Of a stretch of DNA of 64,000 nt, positions 13,211 through 27,368 are shown in pieces. Position numbers and translations under genes: made by a program. The DNA lies in contig OZ316898.1 in the NCBI GenBank assembly GCA_973895155.1, positions 16,852,652-16,916,651 on the forward strand, written 5' to 3'. Position 1 is the stretch's first letter. The number at the start of each line of letters is the position of its first letter. A model generated the notes under the pieces. That model was not told the DNA's origin. It made no database searches and saw only the letters and a program-made list of their open reading frames with translations. The DNA comes from Marsupella aquatica (Eukaryota > Plantae > Marchantiophyta).

Positions 13211-14709
13211 ATAAACACCTTGAGAATGATGGAAACACAACCACTTATATCTTCACATTTAAGATCTTGTACTGAGCAAACAACCCACACACTCATATCG
13301 AAAGAACATTGACAAGACTACTCAAGTCATTGTGTCAATGTTCCCGAAAGTGTCTGAATTTGTCTATACAAAAAGTATCATGAAGGATTGCAATAATTTG
13401 TACCCGACATCCCATCTCTCCCTTCCTTCTCCAATCAAAAACGAAAACTGTAAATTTGGAAAGTCGACTATAGTTTTTTTAATGGTTGTTAAAAAAAAAG
13501 TCTAAGGAATCTCTCACTAGACCCTTTGCCTTCTCTAAGCTTTTTCATACCACGAGCCATCAGCTACAATGAAAGTCCATCTTTATCGTACTACTTCTAC
13601 TTTACCCAACTTCTTAATCTTTAGATGGGACTGAGAGACGACAGGTTCTACTTTTGGGTTACTTTGTACACTCTTTAGCAGTTTAGCTGCTTTGATTTTG
13701 ATGAGGTCATACACCCCACCCCACCCCACCCCACCGCCCACCCTTATTACGGCACAGTTTATTTAATTTAGTTTCTACATAAGAAGGCAATTTATTGCAA
13801 ACCTATGTTGAGGCACAATTTTCCCACTCAAACTTTGTCAGAATAATGCAGGGTGTGTGGGCTGACTAGTGCACCTTGCAAGATAGACTTTCCGTGTTGT
13901 TGTCTTAATCTTAGGGTGGCTTTACAAGAAGTTGGGGGCACTAACTTGTGAGATTTCCCAAAGAACAAACTGGACTTCACACCATTTTTTTAAATGAACC
14001 TCAACACATGGAAATCCTTTGCATGAAGGAGCTATGGTTTGCAAATGTTTGGACTGCACATCAGCATTGCTTGCCATGTAGGATTGGTAGACATCATACC
14101 TGAATGGGCCCATAGTTCTTGTAAAACCAACTACAGCCATGTCCACTCAATATGTGGTCATTTAATCTAAGAGGGAATTGAAAGGGAATAAGCTCCCTAC
14201 TTCGCATAAAGCCACCCTTTAGTGGTAACAGTCCCTCAAAAGCAAGCCAAGCTTCAATTCAAGCCAAAGTGTATGGGACAGTACTGGCTACAAGGCCAAT
14301 TTTTGGGCTCTTAAGAGTCTGGATGCCCATATGTACTCATAGGTAAAGTCAAACTGACATAATCATTTATGTGTTCAATACCTGGTAACTAAAGTTCAAG
14401 TGAAAACTGTCAAAATGAACAAGCCCTAAGCGTTGAACACCATTGTCCCCTCAACGCCCTTAATTTGAAAGGAGAAATGTGATTGTCCCACAGGGACACA
14501 TAATCAAGTACCTACCATAGTTAGCCAGGTATGTTGACCAGAGTTAGTTTATGGATGAAAAGTTTAGTTTTTTAAATTGAAATCAGTTTTATTAGTATCT
14601 CAAGAAAAGGTATGGGCCTATAGAAAACAGGAAGGAAGAGAAAAACAACCTGAAAACCTCAGTCTTAAGGCAAAACACCAACATTGGTCCCCTCACAAAT
14701 AGATAAAAT

Positions 14710-16550
14710 GCATTCAGTTGGTGACCCTTGTCCCACACTTTTCCCTCCTGTTAACCCTGAAGATGCAAGTATTGATGCTCCACAGTAGAAATTTGAAGGA
14801 GACCTACAAGGATTGAAAAGTCACACAGAGAGTAGACTGTGTGACTAACTGTTTGCGGACAACAATGGCCTTTACCTGGCAGCCTCCAAGTATGAGTTCA
14901 GGAGGGCAAGGGATACAATGCAGCACTACGAAAACATCTCAGGAGCACTCTTCAATGTGCAAAAATCCAAGATAATTTGCTTTTGTCTCATGGATGTGAA
15001 TTAACTGAATTTCTGGGAAATTGAATACATGGTTCGGCCATCACAAAGCTGAGGTCCCTTCTAAGAAGTTCAGGAAATGCTTATGCCAAAATACCAACAA
15101 GTTCCTGACTATGCTAGGGCCTGCTATTCCCTGAACCACGTCCTGAGGTTCATTTCTATGTACTACCTGCTGTCATAGAGCTATATAAGAAGGGAGAAGG
15201 TTTGCAAGAAAATTTGGGGCGCCTCCAATCTGGAGGATGCAAGAGAGCCCCGATAGCATGGAACTCAACAATATTGCAACATCGAAAGGTGAGAGAGGAC
15301 TGGTACTTCAGTTGTTTGGGAACAAGCTAGACTGACACATTTCAAGACTAATTATTGGGGAAGATTGTGAATAGGTGACTATGGCCCAAACTATGATCAC
15401 ATTTAGATTAAAATTTGCGACCATACAAGACAGACAGAACAGGGTGGTCTGTCCACCCCCTTCTGCTGATTGATGCACCAATGATCAAAGGCTCTCCCAC
15501 CTTGAAAAGCTTGTTGGGAGTTTGGGTGGAAAGAGCAAGCACCTCAAGTTCAACTTTGGCAAACCAAGGTATGCTTTCAACCAAACTTCCCATTGTGCTA
15601 ACAATACTCGGGGCCCCAGTCCAAGGGGGGTCCCATATCACGTGCCAAATTCTAGGAGAACAAACACTGTAAAACTTAAGTAAAGAAAATAATTTAAGAG
15701 AATTTTTTACCCCTCACTTTTGGGAATATTTCTGGAATATTCTCATTTTCTCAAAACTGGATTGCAACACCACTAATATTCCTCCACAAAAATATAGAAG
15801 TCTTTTACTAAAACCAATAGAAAACCCTATCCTTATTTGCACATGATTGGTCAGAAGAAAATAAGTGAAGACCCTGAGAAACAATCTTGTCGAAGGGTCT
15901 TGTTGTTTCTCGCAAAAATTAGGTGACTTAATGGGGAGGGCCGAGTGAATACTTGAAGTGGAGATCTCTGTCAACAAATTAGGACACCAGATTCCTTGAA
16001 TGGACAGTCAAAGTTGACAACCTTCTACATAATATTGAGATAGACTTTGGATTTCAATGTGAATGAGCTACACAACTGCAAGGGCTGGCAAGGTAGTAAA
16101 GGGGTAAGAACTGTGGATGGACTTTCCCTTCTAGAGTGTGGGTAAATTGCATCAAGCTAAACCAATTAACATGCTATATGTCGCAAAGCTGAATTGGCCT
16201 TGGGAACAGGTACTTACTAGGACAGTTACTCCACATTGGTGGACACAGGGTTGGAAGAAACTACAAGGTGGATGGTCCTTTCCTGAGGTGAGGGTTTCCT
16301 GTGGCATTTTGCTGAGCTATTGGTCTTTCATGAATGGAAGTGAGATCCATTGGGGAGTTTGTGATTGCCTCTGCGCTTGATGCAAAAAACCAGTTTGAGC
16401 ACCCTGAATGCCTGCTCTTCAGCTGCAGTCAGGTCACCAAAAGATGGAGGGAGGTACTACCATGTGTCTCTCTTGGCGTGTGCACCATTTTTTCTCTTTT
16501 TTGGGTGGCTGAGTCCTTCAGGTTTTGAATAAGAAACAAAACAAAAACAT
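14710..16550 (+). mobile_element. Degenerate LINE ORF2 (reverse transcriptase + zf-RVT), 5'-truncated
   Basis: GDPCPTLF (QGDPLSPxLF-like) near 14719. In-frame LFADNNGLYLAASKYEFRRARDTMQHYENISGALFNVQKSKII at about 14849-14977 (FADD and SG..N..KS motifs). zf-RVT-like EHPECLLFSCSQVTKRW near 16400. A-rich tail at 16528-16548. Confidence 0.8.
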
Positions 16551-18895
16551 GTTGGCAACCTTTGTCTTCTTGGGCTTTTCCCTCCAATTGGGCGGGTTGC
16601 TATTGGTTGGTTTTCTCTTGAAAAGAAAACTGCTTAATTATCTTTGAAACAAACATATGTAGTCTTTGGCATCCCCTGATGCCTAGAAAACACAATTTTG
16701 TTAGCCCCAAGAATATTTTCTCCTTTTGGTGAGTTTCTGTCTGATATATCAACTTAACGTCAATGAAAGTTTCCATTATAAAATTTTGCTTGCTACCAAG
16801 AAGTTGTCAGAAATTGATCAAATCCTTCAATTTCACATTGACAACATTATTGTGGGGCCCAAACTAATCGGGGAAGTGCCTTCCAACGTAGCGAAGGAAT
16901 CATAGGATAGAATCTTAAAACTCACTATAATATCCTGGAAATATATCGCCACATGTGTAGAGAATTCATACTACCGCTGCAAACGTCAACCACTTTTAGT
17001 ATATGGGCCCCCATACGTCCAATTATGGACCACCAGCACCAGTGTCCAGTTCGGAATAGTGTATGAAATCCAGCTCTTGGACAACACATAGTGCCAGAAA
17101 TCATGGAGCTTTCATAGAACACAGTGACCTCAGCTTAAAAACGTGAAAACCAGCATTTGCCACATTTAGAACGTGCAAGTATTATTAGAACGGCAGAGTT
17201 TGAAATCGTAAAAAAGGGAAGGAGTGGATTGGTTTCCACAACAAGAGCAACCGAAGCTTCAAGTGTTAATTCTTCACTTTGGCTGTTTATTAGAGCATTC
17301 CCACCCATATGTGCCCTACCCAGCAGGTATCGGCCAAAGTGGCAAGACAGGTGATCACTTGCGGGCCTGGGCATTAGATTGGGCAGGTAAGGTTCCCCAC
17401 TCATACCACTTCATTGTAGCGCTACCCGCTGGAGCCTGGAACTGGACCACAAATACTTGCCCAACTTGCTTCCTGCCGTTCGTGGATCCAAGGCCCTACC
17501 TCCAATCTCCCCTGTCCCTATTGAAAGGACTTCCAATGACGAGCAGACTTGCAGCCGCTGCTGGAGGGAAGTTATGGTGTAGCTGGGCCAAATTTAGCTG
17601 GAGCCAAGGTGCTTGCAGAACAAATTGGATTCCCAAGTAGCACTCTCTATGGCCAATTAATGTGAATGCTCTTATAGAAGCATTCACAGTCCAGGTTTGG
17701 ATAGAAGAATTATGACACTTCTTGTCCACTTTCACTAAAGTAGTAACTGTTCAAACTTCTTAGGCCTTTATGTATGTGAATGCCCTGTGAAGCATGCATT
17801 ATTGGCAATACTACCCCCTGAAAAGTGCTCGAGGCAATAGCCCAGGGCAGTATGGCCCATACTGCACTCTTACCAGAGCCTTACTGTACACAAATTGCAG
17901 TTCATTGTTCGCGATTTGAAAATAATTACCCTCATGACGGTGTCGACCATGATTTAAAACTGGTATAAATTTCAACGTATTGGCTCATGCTGGTCAAAAA
18001 GTGCAAAACATTTCATAACGCTGACTCTACCTATGGAAATAATGTAGATTCCCCCTTCTGAGAGGCGCGGAGGAAAGGTTAGAGCCCCCTGACATTTCTT
18101 GGAAAACGGTATCCAAGGTCAATTCGAGTCCAATTAATCTATGCATATATGGAATAGAATAGAGTGAGAAATAGCCTATTTCATCTTGAAAGCATGGTTA
18201 TGAAAGTGCATTTCAAAGTCCAATTTGAGTGCTTAAAAGTGGATCTCTTTGTTAGTCCTAAAGGCTCAAGAGTATGCTCTCATTGACGAAGCCCTAAATA
18301 TTTATTGTGGTAGTAATGCATCGAAAACTGGGCAAATCATTATTTTCTTACACATTTGTCAGCATAAAATTGTTACATTTCCATTTTAAAACAAAGTGGT
18401 GGCTACCTTTTTCCCCCAAAACAGAACCTTGGTCTAGTGATCAAAATCCCCTAAGCTGGCCACCCGGGGAAGAAGTATACATTTGTTGGATCAGTGCAAC
18501 CTCAAAAACAGTGAGTATAATGAGACTGCTGGGACTGGGTGTACTGTTCAAAGATGTTAGGGCATTGTGTTTGATATACAATTTCTTCGAAGCATCAAGC
18601 AGGTCAGAGCACAAAAAACATAAAATTGAGATGGAAGCAATCATCCTTACATATCTATACCCCTTGCTGGTCAAGCTCAAGCTTGTTCAATCCTGTTGCT
18701 GACCTGCTATGCGGGCTAAAACTCCCTAACACTCCACAAATGCCAATCATCAACACTGCTCCTTCCTTGATCACAAGGTCCAGTCTCAGGTCCAGTCCTT
18801 TCCTCAAACATTGCCCAGATTCGCAAAATCACAGCAGACATTTATGTGCCAAAAACTCAAACATAGCACCTAATGTGCTCTATTCAAATAATGTG

Positions 18896-18997
18896 CCCCT
18901 TGACGCACTGTTGAGTGTAGCGCCTGGTGCTGTTTTGGGGAGAAGACCCCTTGACGCACTGTTGAGTGTAGCACCTGGTGCTGTTTTTGGGGGAAGA
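18896..18997. repeat. 51-bp near-perfect tandem duplication
   Basis: CCCCTTGACGCACTGTTGAGTGTAGCRCCTGGTGCTGTTTT at 18896 and 18947. Confidence 0.95.
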
Positions 18998-21900
18998 TGG
19001 TAGTCTCCGGCTACAATCCAACAAAATGTGGGAGTTTGTGTGGATAATTTGCACCTGATCTTTGGCTTCCTAGGTTGACCAAACATTTTGCTCCAGTCCC
19101 CATGTTGCAATTTTTGCAACCACCTCTCATTTTGTCTTCTTTCCATAGCCACAGGTTCTTATCCAAAGTAGAACACAATGGTGACTTAGGTCTCACATGA
19201 CCCCACTCATATATGAAAGAAGATTGAGTGGAATGCCTCTAGTACTTTTCCTAGTGTTGGTGGTGCACTCACTTTGGGAAAGAAATTGGGGACATACATT
19301 GATGGGTTCTTTAGCATGAAGTGCTATAGACTGTGAAGACAATGCAGGTCAGAATTGTAAGTAACAAATTCATACCGGTTTTTCTCAATAGAGTCAAATT
19401 CTTCCACCATCCCAAGGCAAGAAGAAACGAAGCCATACTTTTCATGATTCTCGTTTGGAAGGAAGGAGAAAGACAGAATAATTATTAAACCAAAGCTGCC
19501 ATTATAAAAGGACCCCTACCCCGCCCTTGTTCATTTGATTAGCTGAGTAGTGTACCTACCATGCAGGATCTCCCACTCACTTCCCATCTAGGACCCTCAT
19601 ACCCTACAGAAGCTTTTTCGGTATTTTGTTAAAAAATATGAACTGCTATTAGACACTGATTTTTAGAACACAGATTCTGGTGAGGTGTACATCTTGTACC
19701 ATAGATGGCCCCATAGTGAGCTAATGAGATAAATCTATATTCTAAAATTCCCCAAAGTAAGACATGCTCATGTGTATAACCCTATTGTACTGCATGTAGG
19801 ATGAGTACTAGGGTTTACCCAGCACTTTATGCAGGAACTTCTGGGAACTTCCCAAGTCCAAGCTTGCTGTATCCTGGTCAGGAATCTGCAGCTTTGCCCA
19901 TGAGGACTGTAGTCAATCGCCATGCCTAGTTAGTGCACTAGGGTTTTGCCTCGTAGGACTTGCAAGGTAGAGAAATTTAGGCATGTTCTTTTGCAGTGCT
20001 CTACTCCTCGCTCTTTGGCCAATGTCTGCACTTTACAGCCCCAAAAGCTCGAGAGATGCAGCAAACTAATGTGGCCAAAAGAAAGCAAAAGAGGTACTAG
20101 TCTACTAGAGGACAAATGCAACGAAGCAAAGAGAAAAGAAAAAGTAAAAACGAGTGTGTCAGGAGTGCCTCTTCAGTCTTTACCTTGGCCGACCTTATTT
20201 CGAGGGGTTCTGAAAAGCCTATAGTCCTCGAGCCCAATGAAAGGTGGGTGACGAAGCAACAAGTGGACCAAACTTCGAGGGCTTCTCTCTGATCACTATT
20301 ATTATCACTTTTTAGAGGCATGTCCACAATTATCTTCATTTGAATTTTAGGGGATAGGAGGCACACCCTAAACTGATGGTCCCATGGAGGGTATATGTGA
20401 GTGGGTGGGATGAGTTTTGTGGGTAGTGGATGGGAGTTCTGATTATCAACTCGGCCCCTGGTTGTGTACTTGCTGCCCTTGCTTTACTCTCTCGCTTCTG
20501 TGCGGGTCCTGTTGGATCATGGAGGCTCACCCTGAAATGGGTTCCCTACAAAAAAAGTGTCACTGTTGGGGTGGGGAGAGACTACTAAATATTCTTCCCC
20601 ATTTCAGTTCAAGACAATAACAACGAAAATGATGCTCCTATGGACCCAGGTGACAAACTATACAACCAGCGTGGACCATGACATCTGTTACTTGTTTGCT
20701 CATTGACTCCCTTCTACTTTTCATAGCAAACTTTGACCCTCAATACCTCCACTAATGGATTGCCATTTATTGGGCTCCTAGAAGGGGAGGGAGGAGAAGG
20801 GAAACCACGGCTGCAAATTCTATTAATTTAATTCCTAGGGGTTGAGAGGCCACCCAAAAAATGATGCTCCAATGGACCATGCTCATGAACCATGCAACCC
20901 ACGTACCATAACAACTTTTACACTTTCACTCATTGACAGTGTTATCATTTTCAATGTTTTCACTAGCAAAGTTTGACCTTCTATACCTGCATTGAATCCA
21001 ACGGAATCCACTTTTCTTGGCTCATTAGAGGCTGTTTGGAAAGATCTTCCAACAAGTCTGATACATTCAAGGTCTGATATATCTGGTTTTAGATGAGTTG
21101 AGGTGGTAATAGAATTATTTTGGCTCAAGCTAGCTCTCACTGTCCACACTTTACACTCTCAAGTCTCAAGCTCAAGCAACAGTTTTTCAGCAGCCAACTT
21201 TGGACATAAAGTTTCTCCCTAGGTAATTCAATGAAATAACATTTTCCTAGTTCTTTAGAAACTGCTTGGAAAGATCTTCCAAATGAGATTGAGATTAATA
21301 TGGTCAATATTTTATTTTATTTTATTTTATTAATATATATTTTTTGGGGGGGGGGGGGGGGTGGTGGGGGGAATTGAGAGACATCCAAATTTCCAAAGAT
21401 GACTGTCTTGTTTCACTGTGGCATTCAAGAAACAGGTGCAATAGGTAGTATATATATGAGCATAGAGGAGAATTTTCCTGTAAATCCAGTTGGATTGGTA
21501 AATCTATACATCCAAGCATTTTGGCAACATAACCCGTGACAAAAATGGCATTGTAATAATTAATCTATTAAAAGCGGAAAATAGTGATATTTGACAAAGT
21601 AAAGTGGTAATCTATTGAAGATCTCACTTCTGCAAAAATGACATATCATGTGCGATACATCTTAGAGTCAAATTATTGATTCTAAGGAAAGAATATAATT
21701 GTGGAAGAAATTTTGGGTCTTTTGGAACCAGTTTTCATATTTAATAGAAACAATAGGTTTGACAAGACTAAATCTTGAAATACTCCAAGAATATGTTAGG
21801 TTATGCCTATACCTATTGCTTCCATATATACTACTAATTAGGCTTCAACAGACTCGGAGAACTAATGCTTATTTGAAATTGAGATTCCTATAGACCATGG

Positions 21901-23814
21901 CAGGGGGTATACCCAACGGGAACACAAACTTGGGCTCACACTTGAAGTTCACTCTTTAGCAGGACGAGTGAGAGAGTGAGAAGAGGAGCTCTTCCACGTT
22001 GGCTATGGCTTTCTGTCACAACCGGGGACATAGCTCCCGATGGGGTGAACCATCTATTTTCAGTGTCATTGCCAATGGATTTCATTCACATGCACTGACG
22101 CTATCTTGTTTCGTCTAGATTTGATCATATTAACTAAACATTCCAAATGAGTAGGTGGGTTATATGAATATTTTTCTTTTCAAATGTTAGGTGTTTGAAC
22201 CTTCAAAAGTTGTAGGTGATGGGGCTCCATTTAGTGAGAACCCCCTAGGGCGATCTGACAAAACCCAGTAAAACTGTTTTACATGTAATGACTTGTCATC
22301 AGAATTGACAATTGAAGCCAACAGGCAAGTGTGTCGAGCCAGGGACAACTCTGTTTGACAATATCCCCTTTGTTCTATGCAGCATGAGATATCCTCCAGG
22401 ATGTTTGCTTTTGTCATCAATCAGCCGGTTTGTTGTTTCAGCTGCTGTCCGCTATTCATATAATCCCCTGCTGCAGACATCCATGATCCATGATTTGTGC
22501 TGGAATGGTGAGTAACCATTGGCAACTCAACCTGTAGATCCATTTACCCATGTTAACCAAACAATGTTACCCAGTCAGTGACAACTCACCCTAAGGGTTT
22601 AGGTAGAGAAATTAAACGATGGAGTTGTGAAGTTGACGGTTGGATGCACCACAACAGTTTACCCTCCAACCCTTGAACTCAAAAGCAGCAGAAAGCTTTT
22701 GAGATGCAAAAGGTGTGACAATTTCAATTCAAAGAACAGAAGTCTATCAGGGTAGGGGTGGTCCATCTAACATGATTTTATGGAGGAAAAAAGCCTAGCA
22801 GGATTAAACTTGGAAATATTACTGGATTTTCCTGAAACAAAAGAGGTTCTGATCCCAATTTGAACACCACAGTATGCAATCCCCTTTGTCTTCCATGGTA
22901 TGTTTACTTCAAGTGTGAGGTAGGCACTGGCTCTGGCCATTGGATGAAGAAGGGTGCCTTTTTTCTAGACCATTAGATCTTTCCAAAGGACGGCTAAACA
23001 CCCTGAAACTTTTGAATATAGACAAGAAACCTAAACCATTGGAGTTTTTGGATCAACTCATGCAATTGAGCACTGGCTAACAAACAAGACGGCAAGGGAG
23101 ACAGTGGAGGACTGCGGGCAACAACACAAGGGGAGGGGAGAGCCATTGGATGATCAATTTTGACAATTGAGATTAGAATTAATAAATTAATGGTGATGGT
23201 GCTGACAGTACTTTAAATAAATGGGCATTCTTTTGGGGTTTCAATTTGTGCCATTTGCACTCTATTAATCTAGACACATCAACCACCTAAGTTTTGTCAA
23301 AGGAGCACACAAAACACTATCAAAGTCTAATGTTGATGGCATATTCTTTAGTGCGAGGACATAGGTTATAACTTGTATGGTAATAGAACTTTTTTATTAT
23401 CAGACAGTCAGGTTTGCCCTCTGTCTCCAGGACCTTAATACTTTTACCTCTCAAGGTATGGTGCAAAGGCCTAAAAAATGTTTCTACATTTTGAGCTTTT
23501 CCCTTGAAAACAATGTCAACATAGAGAAATCAACGTTTTACACCAAAAAATGCTTAGAACATTCATAACATGTGTCCTAAATTTTATTTGGAAGTATCAT
23601 CAGCAATACTTCAATTTTGATTGCCTGGACTCAAATTGTAAATAGTTATTTCTTACCTGTGAACTTGATAGTCAGAGACGTTGTACTTGATGGGTCTCAT
23701 GAGTGATCCTGTTGGTAGACCTGAAATCCACATAACCAAAACCCATGAGATCAATCATGGAAATGTTTCTTGATTGATAGTCACTATGAAAATGCTTGTA
23801 AGCCGGGCAAAGGG

Positions 23815-24102
23815 CTCGGGGGGTTAACTTAGTGTATATTTTGGGGTACCACGTGCGATCCTAGCCTAATATAAACACACATATTTTATAATGAGAATAT
23901 TATAAAAATATTCTCTATTTTCAATACTAATGACCTATTTTACTTTATAAAAGGTATATATTAGAGAATATTCTACAAATATAGGTTTATAATACCTTCT
24001 TTTGCTTTTTACGCTTTTTAAAAATTTAGCTAATTTATATGAAAAATACCTATTTTTGGATCGCACGTGGTTCCTAAGATAGTTGATAGTCAACCCCCCG
24101 AG
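23815..24102. mobile_element. MITE with about 45-bp TIRs and perfect 8-bp TSD
   Basis: TIR CTCGGGGGGTT...ACCACGTGCGATCC / GGATCGCACGTGGT...AACCCCCCGAG. TSD GCAAAGGG at 23807-23814 and 24103-24110. AT-rich interior. Confidence 0.9.
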
Positions 24103-24837
24103 GCAAAGGGAAACTGGGTCTGAAAACCCTATCTGAGCGTTCACTTGCGTGTTGGGGTAGACTTTTCTTCTTCTTTTATCTTGAAAGGAATCCTTAACTC
24201 ATGAGAAAGTAAAATCCAGTAAAACTTGGAGTAAAAAGGTCACATCAGAAAAGATCAACGACCAAACAATCACTTGGAGATCAGATGCGTCCAATCCTGA
24301 GGACAAGGGTAAAACCAGGAACTAAAGTGGCATGTAACAACATGTCATTCACACCATAACAAAGGGAAAATGCCAATACAAGGGCCAACTCAGCCCCAAA
24401 GAATACAGAGAGGAAACAGAATACTGAACGACTGTCTCAAGGCTAAAATCCAATACTGATTAACCATATGTAAACTAAACCTATTCGCCTGGTCCCATAA
24501 TGTTTTTGATTTGTTTGAGTCCTAAGTGAGTCCCAATAATTGCACATCAAAAATTGGCCACCAGATTCCTATTACTAAATAATTATTTAATTAAAATAAT
24601 TAGGTTTATCATGGTATGAATTTGGGTAATACAAAGTTTGATGTGCAATTACCAGGAGAGTCCAGGTTGGTAGATTGCATTTGGCAGCCCAAGTAAAAAA
24701 ACCACTTGCATGAAAATCCTGAAGCGCAAAGGTTTATTTTGGTTCCCCCCATCTGTGGCGTTCACGCAGAATAAATGAATTTTCTTTATTTAATTTTCTT
24801 TATTTAATTTTGGTTGCCTTGAAATGGCGTTCAAATT

Positions 24838-24905
24838 GGCCAGAGGATGAACCTAGAACCGAAAGATCCCAGGTTCAATCCTTCTTCCACACGCAAGGGG
24901 TGTGG
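24838..24905 (+). mobile_element. tRNA-derived SINE-like head (pol III A/B boxes)
   Basis: TGGCCAGAGG (A-box-like) about 33 nt before GGTTCAATCC (B-box-like), with no cloverleaf. Weaker B-box-like sites at about 33835 and 37775. Confidence 0.3.
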
Positions 24906-27368
24906 AAGGTATTGTGTGTGTGGGTGGGGTGTAATGGTGGGAGTGGTGATTGCCCCTCAGCCCCTGGCTGCCTTACATAGAAATGCATGTTCTAGAATAG
25001 TAAGTCTATCCACGGTTGGATGGCCTTGCTTTAGGTTTTGAAGGCAAAATAAAAATAAAAATGACGTTCATAAGGGCATGGAATGAATTTGGTCGATTGC
25101 AGCTGGCAGCCCACGTCGAAACATAAACCATTTGCATGGAAAGCCTGAATCGTAAGGGTTATTTTGGTTGCCCTGAAATCTCGTTCAAACGGGCATGCAA
25201 GGAGCCGAAGTGAGCCACGCCAATCACAAGGCGTTCGGAGATCCTTGGTGCCCGGGAAAAGCGGTCAAGCTGGCAAACCGGGGGATTGGGGGAAAATTCC
25301 AATCTCGGATGTTTTCTGGTTGCCGGGCACAAGCTCCGATGATGACTGTGCAGAGCTTTCACTTCAACTGCCCGCAACGAATGTGCACTCTGGCACCCGC
25401 GAAGTCGCGTACCCCCAAACAAAGATTAATCCCATTTTTTACTTGTCATATAAGTAAACTACTCCATTCAAGAAAGAGAAAATAAAAAGAACCCACAAAA
25501 AACCAACACAACAAAAAGATGTCGTAGCATGAAACTTTCAGACAGCCCGGCGTCCTTTGGCTGCCCGGTAAATAAGGGCACAGATAAACGACAACTCTCC
25601 GACAAAGGAAAAAACAAATTCATTTTTTTTTGGCCCATCCGCGAATTTCCCGAGGGTAAAACCGGAACTGTTCAATCCAATCACCAATTCAGAATAATCG
25701 TTTATTTATGTTTTTGCAAGAGAACATGCTAGGAATATTTTTAATCTGATTTTCTAAGACTACTTTTGACCGTTACATCGCCCAAACTTTCAGGATAGCC
25801 AGTAGATTCTGGCTAATGGGGTCAAGAAGGGTTCAATCCAATATTTTTTCTCCATAAAATAGCACCTTACTTATGGGAAAAAAAAACCCCAATAAAGGAC
25901 TGGGAGTAAGAAGCCAGATCAAAAACCATCAGCAAGCCAACAACCAATCAGAATATATTCAAACCCGAGGGAAAGAGAAAAAGGAGTAACTATGAGTGTA
26001 AAAGTAAACAGAGTCACACCCCAAAGAAAAAAACCTGAGCAACATCAATCCAATAATCTGAGTGTCGTCAAGAAAAAAACACAAAGGTCTATTAAAGGCT
26101 GAACAAATTCAGGTTGACAAATCCTGAAGAAGTCATTTATTCCAACACTGGAACTCATTTATTTCAACGCTTTGGGTCACACTCTTAGAATGATGCTACC
26201 TGCTAAACCCATTGTATTTATTTAGGTGTCAGAGTGATCTCTGATTTTTCCAAGTGTGAAATCTTGTGTGTAAAAGGACTCTGGTGAGCCCACTTTGCAA
26301 GAGGGGTTTGGACTAAAGCTGGTCTATTTTGGAAACTTTAACTCGCAAACTCACTTGCTACAATTAAGACTGACACCACTGGGCTTTGCAAATTAAATTC
26401 CAATTGATATCCAGGGAGATACTAAATGTCATGGTTAGATTCTCAAAAACATAAATTGGAAATGCAAAGTGTATAGTGAGTGAATAGAGTAATCTTTAGA
26501 AAGTTAATAACTCTCTCAATTTTTCAAGACATATGAGATGAATTGGAAAGAAATCGCTTCTAACTAGCCCAGGAAGAACTAATATTATTGAATAATAAGG
26601 GTCATACTAGACCTGGGGGGTTTTGCTTGATGGGGCTCCTCATATGATAATGCAATATTTTTGGGTAATGAAACACACTAAAGAGAATCTGATAACAAAT
26701 TTTGGTAGTAACACGCTAAAGATATGAAACAAAATTTATTTTATTAATTAATCCGTGGACCCCCATGTTCATCCAAGGAATGTGTGTGTGATTAAGTGAA
26801 ATCATTTTTTCATCAAGGTGGTAACTGACGATTTTGAGTCTCCCAATGGTGTTGGTGTGAGCTCATACAAAAACAAATGCTCAAAAGATAGAGATTTATC
26901 AAACGAAAGGTTGAATGTGGAGGAATTGAGTTTTTTTTATAGGTTTTGCTTACACATTGGAGAAATCATCTTTCAACCATTTGTTGATTAATTGTTTGTG
27001 AGTTACATTGAGCATTACCGCCACAAGACAGACTGGAGCACAACACTCAGTTGTTTGCAAAAGAGCGATTGTCGATTTGGTGGGAAGAACACACAAAACG
27101 AACAAGCCATCATTTCAAACAAAGGATTTGTAGTTATTTTTAAGAAAGCTATGGTGTGAAGGGAAGACCAACAATTGTTTCTTTGATATAGAGGCTGCAT
27201 TTGGCGTCAACCTGTGTTTTCAGTTGAAGACTATCTAAGAGATGCGAACAATTCAAGCCGGGAAGCAAGCATTGTGGACCAGCGATGACGACGTAATCAA
27301 AGAAATCAATTTGTAGTGTCTAAGTTTGTGATGGTGACGAGATTGTGATATCTCTTAATCGAGAAAGG

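Noticed and set aside
24838-24905. tRNA gene
   Set aside because: A/B-box-like words are present, but there is no acceptor stem or cloverleaf; kept only as SINE-like.
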